Of a DNA stretch of 64,000 bases, positions 50,401 to 60,575 are shown piece by piece. The first letter of the stretch is position 1. The number at the start of each line of letters is the position of its first letter. Made by a program: the position numbers and the translations under genes. Below the pieces are notes generated by a model that saw only the letters and a program-made list of their open reading frames with translations, was not told the DNA's origin and did no database searches. Source of the DNA: Euglena gracilis (taxonomy: Eukaryota); contig CP154954.1 of the NCBI GenBank assembly GCA_039621445.1, forward strand, positions 29,397,411 through 29,461,410, written 5' to 3'.

Positions 50401-53400
50401 AGGCTTTCTCGGAGGTCCTGCAAACAGTATCAACAGGTTCACTGGGTTCAATACTGGAAAGGTCGGACTTGGCTGCGGTTCTGCAATCTCAAAATGAGAG
50501 GTGGGTCATTGCACTTCTTCCTGAAGAAAACGTCGTCCGTGTGCGTCATTATATAAAGAAAAAAGGTTTCCTTTTGCTGTGTGTTACATGGTCGGGCCTC
50601 ATCAGTGTACCACATCGATTGAGTATGCTTTTCTCCACAAGTGTTCGTTTGGAATTGTGTGCCATAGTATTACGGACATTATCAGCTGCCCCACGAGGAT
50701 TCTTCACAACATCAGATATCGACATTCCACCGCACACCAATTTTCGGGGTTTGGTGGGTTGGTCAAGCAACGACGCACGTGGGTGCCAACCGTCTTTCCG
50801 GGTCCAACGGAGGCTCGCATGGATCTTGCTTGCACAATTTGGAGGGTGGTCGTTTGTGTTCTTCTTCTCGTTCCTTGTCGGTATACCTCCCCCCCCCCGA
50901 TGTTTGTATCCACCTGACCTATTTGATGTAAGGGTTTTTGCTTGTGATGTTAACCATTGTTTTGTCATCTCTAACCATCCTGGGAGAGGCCCTGCATGCG
51001 TGCTGTGTGATTGCCACATAACAGCTCCCTCGTATTGGCATCTCCATCGCTCCTATTCCGAAGGTGCGCTGTACATCTCAGCAGACTTCGGCTCATCGCC
51101 CCTCTAACCTCCAACACAACGCTTCGATCAGGGTGCTCCACTTCATGTGTTCTTGTGTATGTCTGTAGCTCATGTATCCTCTTCCCCCCCTATTCATCTA
51201 CCATCGCTATGTCAAGCACCAAGGGCATGCGCACTTGCTCATTAACCTCTGCCATGGTGTGCTATACACACTGCGATGTACCGTACGGCGATGTACCCTC
51301 TGCAATGCGATTTTATGGATTGCATCGTTTTGGTTGGTGCTGCCCTCTTTCCACCCTGGTCCGACGTGAGTGGTTGTGATGTTTGGGTTGACTCTTTCCG
51401 CTCTCGTTTGGTAGGGCTGTGTTTGTGCTCGAGTTGTTTGTGCTGCCCCCTTCCCGCTCTCGTCCGGTAGGGCTGAGCGTGTGCTGGTGTTGTTCGTGCT
51501 GCCTCCTTCCCGCTCTCGTCCGGTAGGGCTGAGCGTGTGCTTGTGTTGTTCGTGCTGCCTCCTTCCCGCTCTCGTCCGGTAGGGCTGAGCGTGTGCTTGT
51601 GTTGTTCGTGCTGCCCCCTTCCCGCTCTCGTCCGGTAGGGCTGAGCGTGTGCTTGTTTCGTTCGTGCTGCCCCCTTCCCGCTCTCGTCCGGTAGGGCTGA
51701 ATTGTTATTTTATTTTATTTTATTTTATTTTATTTTTCATTTTCCTTCCTTCCCGCAATAAATGCTAAATAAGCCCCTTTCGCGTTGCCTGTACCCGCCC
51801 AGGCTCACCAAACCAAACCAAACCAGTCAGTCACTCTGAAAAAACCAGTCACTCACCCCTCGGGGGGGGGGGGGGTCGGTCAGTGCTTAAGCAATTGCCT
51901 GCTTAGGATGCCAATCGATGAGAATATCCTCTTGTAACCTCAAAATAACCTCAAAATTGCACACCCAAAGAGAGGATTGGAATCGACCTTGTCAAAGCGC
52001 TGCTACTCACAAAAAATAGCAATCGGTTCGGAATCATGGTCCTATCTCTTAGAGGCTGGCTGCTTCCCTCAAATAAAGCGCATCACAACGGCTATTTCAG
52101 AAGCACCAACGTTGATTGCAGCTTGCACACTGACCGTTAAAATTTGTTCGAAACAAAAAATGGGCGTAAAGCTGCCACACCCAGATTTTTTTAGGACCCG
52201 GGAATATCCCGAGGGGTCCAAAAAATCTCAGCGCTTCGCACCAAAAATAGAGGAAATCCCCCCTGGGGAGAGGTTTCACTCTCACTCAGTCCGAACCCCC
52301 CCCTGGGCCTTTAAATTTTAAAAAATCTCTGGGCTGCCAAGAACAGAACGCAGCCCAGCAAAACCTTCTGCGCCTCGGAGAGGATGGGCTCGCTCTTCCT
52401 CAGCAGCTCGGCGCTGGCACACGCCTCTGCCAGGGCAGAACGGGAAGGCCTGGTGGGGGGGTCGACCCCCCCACCCGGGAGGTGGGGGGGGGTGGGTCAA
52501 CCCCCCCACCCACCACAGCATTTGCACCAATTTCGGGGAAACGGGGATTTTGGCCAGAAAAATTTTTGCTTCTTTTTTGAAAAATGAACCCAAAACACAT
52601 GATTTTTTGATGGAAAACCACATTTTTTTCACAAAAAAATCTCAAAATTTTCCGTCCTAAAAACTGGGACTTTTTAGGGGGGGAAACGAAGGTCAAAAAA
52701 AGTGGACAAAATTTTGGCACAGTCAAATTTTACTGACATTTTTTCTCGTTGAACTTTTTTGGACTTTGAATAACATTTTTTGCTTCAAAAACCTCTCAAA
52801 ATCACCCTCTTGAGAAAATGTCAAATTTTTTGAAGGTGTGAAAAAATGGGGTTTTGGGTGGGACCCCCTATGTGGGTCCCAAAATGGGTCAAAAAAACAC
52901 CCGGCACCGAAGGCGCCGAAAAAATTTTTCGTGTCCAAAAAATTGGTGCTCCCGGAAATACAGGAAGAGGTGGGAGGGCCGCCTCCCCCCCCCACCCACC
53001 ACTCTGGCTGTTCGGCCGATTCCCGTTCTGCCCTGGCCTCGGCCCAGAGCTTCTTGGCCGCCTTGCAGTTCCCCTTTTCCACCTCTGCGGGGTACTGGGC
53101 CACGGCGACCTCCAACCGGCTGGCACTCTGCGGAGAAGGTCCGGCCCGGCCTCGCCATGCGGAACCCTCCCTACCCCCACTACGCCAAACCTGCGGGAAG
53201 CGAACCTTCGGAGGCGTCCAGAAGGGGAATGAATGAAATCCAAAGCAGACGGAGCCATGGGACTGGCAACACTTTCTTTGCGCTCTCGGCAAAGCAGCAG
53301 GGGCGATAAGGCAAAACAGAGGTATTTTTTAAAGGACCCGGGGTTCACTCACCCAGCACCCAGGCCCCCTGGGGGGCTGGGAGAGCCCAATTTCAAGGAT

Positions 53401-54291
53401 CAGTTTGGGCAAATTCTTTTCAGTGCGAAGAACCGAAAACAGAGGGGCCTCCCCCTCTCCACAGGGTTCCCACTCAGCCTGACCCCGGGGGGGGGGGGGG
53501 TTCGGACCCCAGGGTACGTGATATCGGAGGCCCTTGGAAAACTGCCGGGAAATTGCGGGAAAAAAATTGCGGAAATTGCAGAAGAATTGCGTGGAATTGT
53601 GGTTGCAGTTTTGGGATTTAGCACATTTCTTCCAGAGAGGACTTAACAAAATTTCACAAATTTGGTCATTTTGCAACATAGATGTGCTTTGAGCCGTTAT
53701 TCACATTTTTTTGCAACAAAAAGGTCCAAAAGCATCATTTTGTAGTTTGGGAAATGATCCTGGAAACATGGAATTCCTTAGGTCCAAAAATCCAAAAAAA
53801 AGACACAACAAATAATTGGAAAAATTTTGTCTCGGGTAAAATCTGGTCCAGGATACTTTTTGAATTTTTGCTTTTTGGGTTTGAATTTTCCTCAGTCGAA
53901 AGTATTTCCCACAGAAATTGGGAGAAAACCTAAAAAAAAAAAAGCTGAAAAATTACCAAATTTTGTGAAATATTGTAAATTCTGGCAAATGTTGGCAAAT
54001 TTGCAAAAAAAAAAATCAAAAAAATCACTTGGGGTCCCTTGTGACATGTTCAAGGAATGGCCAGCATTTCACCTTCAATCTCAGGTTCAAGCGGAAAAAA
54101 AATTGCGGAAAGGGAATAAAAATGCAGAATAATTGCAGAGAATTGCGAAACTTGCAGAAAAATGGCGGATATCAATCCCCCCCTGAAAACCCACATCACC
54201 ACCAGGTCACCATTTTTTAATATAAAAAAAAGTCTGGTGCAAGTGAAAAAAGTGAGAGCCCACATACGCTGGTGACTGCTTTCTGGTCCAT
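30500..54291 (-). CDS. Helical/coiled-coil protein with C-terminal FYVE zinc finger
   Basis: Proposed exons: 54268-54291, 53039-53127, 52365-52425, 38737-38831, 37503-37583, 37187-~37240, 36253-36367, 34856-34924, 34234-34329, 33708-33848, 30945-31043, 30500-30616. The C-terminus WEPDSTHCSVCRKEFTFVRRRHHCRVCGCVACDKCC...RVCVRCV* carries the WxxD, R(R/K)HHCR and RVC FYVE motifs. Confidence 0.82.
35344..35796. mobile_element. MITE, 17-bp perfect TIR CAGGCTTTTGCTTAAGG, 8-bp TSD
   Basis: GTCTGCCC is duplicated at 35336-35343 and 35797-35804. Confidence 0.93.
36368..37186 (-). other. Nonconventional intron of the FYVE gene
   Basis: atc gt|gcg CAGGGCC ... GGCCCTG gcggt|a ccc gives a perfect 7-bp stem with N3/N5 spacing. 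Joins LEDIVPAQAE. Confidence 0.82.
37649..38240. mobile_element. MITE, CAGGGCAGAACGGGA family, intronic copy with divergent right end
   Basis: Left TIR intact at 37649. The body matches 52431-53035. Confidence 0.78.
40162..40986. mobile_element. MITE nested in the retrotransposon, 19-bp perfect TIR, 7-bp TSD
   Basis: CAGGGATCCTCACACGTCC / GGACGTGTGAGGATCCCTG. CTCTGTC at 40155-40161 and 40987-40993. Subterminal TTCCGTGA repeats. Confidence 0.92.
41880..44030 (+). CDS. Putative spliced ORF1-position protein inside the retrotransposon, unknown function
   Basis: Coding-like blocks are joined by phase-compatible GT-AG introns 41897-41934, 42179-42745, 43049-43308 and 43415-43771. Further coding-like blocks lie at ~41040-41245 and ~44860-45062. 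Ends uncertain. Confidence 0.55.
45199..51107 (+). pseudogene. Retrotransposon pol: Cys-rich N-terminus, AP endonuclease, reverse transcriptase, RNase H, CCHC finger; one in-frame TGA and one frameshift
   Basis: APE motifs DLNCGG, FLQELW, AGDFN, IDYI. RT motifs IPKG, SYRPIKL, DESGAFD, GLSQG, YSDD. RNase H motifs ITTDAS, TDLE, LCDN, RADYLA. C-terminal CRFC-x9-HIVGC. TGA at 48088-48090 is in frame with ORF 48154-50211. A -1 shift occurs near 50208. Confidence 0.92.
51395..51700 (+). repeat. 56-bp tandem repeat (~5.5 copies) in the retrotransposon 3' UTR
   Basis: Unit TTCCCGCTCTCGTCCGGTAGGGCTGAGCGTGTGCTTGTGTTGTTCGTGCTGCCTCC starts at 51451, 51507, 51563, 51619 and 51675. Followed by (TTTTA)n and AATAAA. 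Confidence 0.95.
52431..53035. mobile_element. MITE coinciding with a FYVE-gene nonconventional intron (52426-53038)
   Basis: Perfect 15-bp TIR CAGGGCAGAACGGGA. TSD GCCTCTGC (52423-52430) / GCCTCGGC (53036-53043). Removal gives KKLWAEACASAELLRK in frame. Confidence 0.92.
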
Positions 54292-54904
54292 GGGGCAAGC
54301 AACAGGCGGCACTTCTGGAACATTCAACGGCCCTTCGGCTCCGTGAATGCCATTGAGCAGCAGCACCCACCAAGCGCCTGGAGAAAAGCAACAGAGCAAG
54401 CAAGCCAGGTGAAAACTTCCGTTGGAGCGTCGTTTTGTGCACCCTGTGTTTGTGGGAAGAAGACACCTTTCCGGCGAGACCCATATCTGCATATCTCCCA
54501 AGGAGGGCAAGAACTGTGCAAACAGATATTTGTTATGTGCAAACATTAATTTGAACAATTGGCACCCAGCCACCAGACAACACGGCGGTAGCCCCACCCT
54601 CATTGAAGGTGTGCAGGGGCAACTTACCAACAGGTTGCACTGAACACAAAAAAAGCAGCACAAATGCAAAAGCCGTGTCCCACGTCGCACAGCTTCGAAG
54701 GGTCAAAAGGCGCTGTACAGTGAAAAAAAGGATTCTCGCAGGGTGAGCAGCGTGAAAGAAGGTGCGGCTGACGTCTGGATTGCCCCTCGGGCACAGATGC
54801 CAGGGGTGTATCAGTCAATGCGCCATATGAACTCAAATGGCCGGGAAAGCCCAGTGTGGTGTGAGGTGCAAACACATGCGGCCTCGGGCTGCATCGCGTT
54901 TGTA

Positions 54905-57900
54905 TTACGAGGCCAGGATCTCGATGTTGATCATCTTGATGTCCTTCAGGGGTTTGTCTGACCGATCGGTCTTGACCTTCTCGATGGCCTGCACTACGTC
55001 CATGCCTGTGCCAAGTTAGCAGTCGGGATGTGTTTGCGCGCACAGGATTTTGATGAGAAAAAAATCCTGCATGTGTGCAGCAGACATGGAGTCTTCCACA
55101 TGGGTTGATAGGAGGGTTGGATGCACGTGCCAAGGGAATTTATACCTCAAATGAAATAAAGAACGGAGGTGCTCAAGGACCCCGCAGGAGGTCCAGCTCA
55201 GAGGCTGGAAAATTTGGGCTAGTGGGGGGAAAAAAGGCTGCTGGCTGACCCTCCCCCCAAATCGGGGTACCGGGGCTGGAGCTTGGGTGATTTTGGAGAG
55301 AAGAGGAGCACCCCCCCCCCAAACCACTACAAACCAAGTCGCTGACACTTTAATCCAATTATTACAATTTTCTGAGGCGCAGGCCCAAAATTTGCTTGCA
55401 GTGCTATGTTTTAATTGGTGGACTAAAATTCCACACCCTGTTGACCCTATACAATACTGAAACCAAAATCTGGAAAAAAAATTGGGGCCTTCTGGATCCC
55501 ATCCCAATCCCAATCCTTCCCAAAAAAAAAAACGAAATTCCCAAAGTGTCCCAAAAACTGCCAGTTATTCAAAAAAAAATCTTCTTTTTTGACTCTAAAT
55601 TTGCCTGGCCACCTGTTTCTTACCACTTTCGCTAATTTTAGGCCAGTTTTTGCACACCAAAAGGCGAAAGGCCATTAACCGTCCATCCGCCCTTCGGGAG
55701 CCTGGAAATAATAATTACTAATTATTAATTTTTTTAATTTAATTATTAAATTTAAAATTTATTAATTAAATTATAAAACTCATTGTTGGGGGGGTCCCAG
55801 GCTGGTAAAAAAAAGCTGCTGGCAGGGATGGACCCCCTGTGGGGGGGGGTCAAGAGTTTTAAAGCACCGCTCTGCTTCTGATAACCTGTCGCCGTGTTGA
55901 TAACCAACCTATCACATGCGTAAAATCCCCACTCTCGGTTTGTGCATGGGTAACCGGCCTTTTAGGGGTGTACTTTTGGGTCGCTTTTCAAGTGTGCTGA
56001 CAAAGGGTCTTTTGGCCTCCCTCAGGAGTGGGAAAATGTCCATAAATGCATTTGGCTTTGGCAAGGAGAGTGTGCCACCAAGTGCACTGTCAACGAGGGC
56101 AATTGGATGGCCGTTATTGAGGGGCATGGCCGCGGCACGGATGCACCTTTGGTACCCCCACCAAATGGCCGCGGCACGGATGCACCTTTGGTGACCCGCC
56201 CGAAGATGGTGTGCTTGCTGTCGAGGTGCGGGGTGGGGACCGTGGTGATGAAGAACTGGCTGCCGTTGGTGTTGGGCCCTGGCCAACGAGAGGCAGTTTA
56301 TCCGGTGTGTCCACCAAAGGCGAAAGCCATGAGCAATGCAGCGACCTATGCCAATAACGCAAAACAAGCCTGGTCGATGGGCACATGAAAGGGGAAGGTT
56401 GGATCTGTTATACTCCTGGCCACACCACTCTGGACATAATACATGGTGGGGTGGTCGAGTGGTCGGATTGTGCTGATCACCCAAAGAGTGCTGCTCCTTT
56501 ACTTATTGAGTTATTATTCACTAAGACAATTCTGAGAACAAGCCACCACAATTATTCGGCCTCGGCACATTATTTCTTTTTTATAATTTGATTTCATTGG
56601 AAAATTTGAACCTTGCACCCAGCTGGTGCATCTGGGTAAAGAAAGCAGCCACAGCGTACACCTGCGTTGGCCATGGCGACAATGAACGGCCGGTCAAACT
56701 TCAGCCCCTTGCTGAACTCATCCTCGAAGTCCTCCCCCCAGATGCTCTCGCCACCCCTTCCATCCCCTGCAAACACCGAACTCCAGGATATGTCCAGTCT
56801 GGGGGGGGGGGCGGCAATCTGATGCTCATGAATGGCGGGCTTGACAACATTTCTTTTTCATTTTTCAGCGCGGTGATCCATGAGAAAATGAGTCCACAGA
56901 ATTGATCCCTCTGGAAATTAGGAACTCCCATGCGGCAGACAGTAGAACACAGTGGCTTTTCGCAAAACGCGTGTTTGTGGCGACTGTATTTGAATACAGA
57001 GGGAGGGACTAATTAGTACGAAAGAAAAGTGGAGGCAGAAAAATGCAGATGGGAAATTTCCGCGGTGTGACCAAAATGTACGGAAATATTTGGCAAGATT
57101 TCAGGAAACAATTGGCAGAATGTCAAAAAAAAACAGAAAGGAATTTGAATCTCATGAACGCAACTCGTTATAACCTCACCACATGATTCAGGTCTGATTC
57201 CAAAGCTCATCAGCAAATGATCAACTGCCGAGTTGCCTCCAAACAACTTGTGTGCAGATGGCACAGAGACACCAACAGCTTGCACCTCTTGGCAGGCAAG
57301 GAGGACGGGGCATCGAAAACAGGGGTATTATTTGGGTATTTCCAAAAAAAACGTGTGGAAAAATTTGGCAGTCTCAGCCAAAAAAGGTCGAGAAAGATTT
57401 GGCAGGATTTCGTTCTGCCAATATTTTCCTACCACTTTTTTGGCAGCCAGCACTGTTTTGGCTCCTAACAAATCTTTCTTGCAAATTTATGCCTTTCAGC
57501 TAAAACTCTCTTTGGCCGAACAATGAATGGCAGGCAAAGCCAAGGTGTCAGAGCGCAAGCCACATGAGTGAATGATCGATCCTGTCTCCCTTGGGCATCC
57601 AATCGATGTAGGAACAGGCAGGTTGCCTTGAAATCTCTCGACATTTGAACTTTCAAGGGGGGAAGAAATCAGTTTTGAATGTCGATCAATCACTTCTGAC
57701 CCCTGGGGGGGGGGGTTCCAGTTACTCCCTCCAATCAGACCAAAACAGACCAACTACCTCAGGACTGCATCAAATCAAGAGGACGCCGCAGACACAACGG
57801 AGAAACAATTGCGGCGTTCCTTCCCATCATTCGCCAACAGAAAGCAGCGGCGCACCGCCCGGGTCCCCGGTCTGGAGCATGAAGCCCTTGATGACCCGGT

Positions 57901-60486
57901 GGAAGAGGTGCCCGTTGTAGTAGCCCGCCCGGGAGTGGGTGGAGAAATTCTCCACCGCCTTGGGGGCCCTGTAGGGCCAAGGCAGTGGAGGGCACACGGA
58001 ACGGCACACAAATCTCAAACGAGTTCGGCAATCCTCTGCTCAAGACCTCAATTGCTCAGTGTGCACCGTTTTCATATTTGGGGGGTGATCTCTACAACGC
58101 TCCGTAAATGTGCAGGAGTGCATCTGCATGCGAGTGTCCATCCCATGAACTCTGAGGTTAAAATGTTGGGATGCTTCAACCAATTTTGGATGCGAAGACC
58201 CAGAGGAATCGATGTGGCCTTGCGATCAGTTGGAAAACTCAAGCGTCAGCAGACTTTGAATTTAGAAGTATAACGTGTCCGGGGAAAACGCCAGCTTCTC
58301 GGCTTTTTAATCGGCGTTAAAAGATGGCCGATTGGCGTAACAGCACTTTGAGTTATTGGCTTTCCTGGAACAAAAGAATCCTTCTGGTTAAGGGATCATG
58401 CCTGTCAGGTGAGCGTCATTGTGGCACCCCCGGACAAAACCTTGATGAAATGCGCAAGAGGATGTCGTTTTTGGCTGAAATTCATTTTGCTGCACAACGT
58501 GCAACGCCAGCAGAGCTGAATGTACCTTTTTAGTTAACTGCCTCATAACCACACCTGTTTTTGTGGGGGGAAAATGAACACACAGAATTGAATTTGATGC
58601 CTCCTTTGTTGGTCAAAAGCGAATGCTTGAATGAAATTCTCCAAAAAAAAATATCTTTCTGTATTCAGAGAGGTTGAAAGCAAAATAAGGGTGTCCTTAA
58701 ACTCGCAAGCAATGCAACCAACGGCAGCCACACTCGTCAGGGAACAGCTTGAGGTGGATGTCCCCCATCGTGGTGCGGATAATGGCAGCCTGGCCCAGGG
58801 TGAGGTTGGATGTGACCGCCAGAGCGATCTCCTCCTTGGACAGCTTCTCATTGAACACGTCGCGGCCCTTTGTGGGGTCCCCCCTGCGCACGTGAGTGCG
58901 TGGGGGGGGGGGGGCGGGCCACCAAATGTTTTCCACGGCTGAGAAACCATCAGGGGTGCTGTGGGACGATTTTCACCCGGGGTGCACCCCACCTCCCCTT
59001 CTGTCAGACCCCAAGCGTGGGGTTGGAAAGAATGGGGGTTTTGGTCTACAGTTTCAATGCACATCGGCCGGAAGTGAGCACTCCAGCAGGGCTGCACAGG
59101 AAAGTATGGGGGGGGGGGTGGACGAAAGTACGTGGGGGTGGTAGGACTTCCTTCCATCCATCACACAGAAAGAAAAATTCCCTCCACATCGAATGCGCCG
59201 AAGGAAACTCCCATCTAAAAATTGGTCCCACTGGGGAAAAGGAGGGGGTGGGGAAAACGGGGAGGGGGCAAGGTGGATGGACCCAGCCACCACGGTGGAG
59301 ATGGGAGTGGTCGACGCCCCCACCCACCCCAGGGTCTCTGGGTATCCCCTTTGCCCTCCGGGGCAGATCCCTTTCCCAAAATTAGAAAACATCGTCAGCC
59401 CTCTTGTATGAACTTCCTCCAAAGTTAAGAGCTGGGGTTGAGAAAATTGCTCTTTGTTTCCATAAATGTGTTATCAAAGGTCCTTGCGTACCTCCTCCAG
59501 ACAAATTCACTCCTTCTTCTTTTGACACAAAAAGAAGGGCTGTTTTTGTCGCCCGTTGACTCCAATTTTTAAGCAGCCCCCCGGGAGCCCAGTGACACCA
59601 AATGAAAGCAGCCCCAAAACGTAGGCACCCCCTTGGCGGCAAAGCCCAAATGCACGCGGCTGGTTTAAATGGGGGGCGGAGGCTCCAAGGGCGCACTCGT
59701 CAGCTTCTTCAGGCTCCCTCCGGCTGAAGATGTAGAAGCGGACCCGCTTGTAAGCCACGCAGAAGAGGGAGGGGTCTGGCTGGTCGAAATCCACTTCTCT
59801 GTCAGGATGGCAAGGGCAATCTGGAAGGTCTGAACTGTGGGATCATAAAAAAACCGTAGGTGCATTTCCTTCAGGCATCACGATATTCTGAAACGCAAAT
59901 CCCAGCAGGTGGGTTGCAATGTCTTTTTTCTGTCTCAAGGTTCGGACAAAACAGGGGGTCAAGCTGGCCGCTTTTGAACAGCGTTACAGAACACGAGGCA
60001 TCAAAACTGCACCGAATTTGCAGCCATGCTCATAAATTTTTGGTTTGGGCCATGCTATTTGAGCAGTTGCGCAAATGGATGTTTTTCAAAGTCGTCACCC
60101 CTGGAAGCCAAATCTGTGTAATCCAACCATGGTGCCCCAAGCAGCAGGTCTCCCAGCATATGGGACACACACCAAGCATGTGTGTTTTGGGAATATGGTT
60201 GCCTCATCAGTATAAGATGCTATCGGAACAATTTCGGGAAGGTAAGACGGAGTGCTAAACCACACCTTTCACTTTGTCTTTTTAAACTTCTCTGGTCCAC
60301 AGTTGCACAAACGGACCACTTGTGCAATTTACAAATGGTCTACTTTTGTAAGTTGCACAAGTCATGTTGCACAGTTTGCACATTTGTGCAAGTCATCCGT
60401 TTGCAGAATTGCGCAAATGAACCACGTTCACAATGTCCCAGACGGACCATTCAGTGGATGGATTTGCCTTATTTTGCGAAGACTTC

Positions 60487-60575
<89 letters not shown>

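Larger units (their letters stand above)
39300..51819 (+). mobile_element. Apparently full-length non-LTR retrotransposon (APE-RT-RNase H), ~12.5 kb, antisense within a FYVE-gene intron
   Basis: AAACCAGTCAGTCACTCT is duplicated at 39282-39299 and 51820-51837. The element has a (CCAAA)n tail and a pol ORF with the expected domains. Confidence 0.9.
39013..51901. mobile_element. MITE (family of 28172-28517) split by the retrotransposon: halves 39013-39299 and 51820-51901
   Basis: TIRs CATACAATTGCTTA and TAAGCAATTGCCTG. The 8-bp TSD CTTAGGAT sits at 39005-39012 and 51902-51909. Confidence 0.92.

Noticed and set aside
51395-51700. CRISPR-like array
   Set aside because: The units are contiguous with no unique spacers, and they lie in a retrotransposon 3' UTR in eukaryotic DNA.
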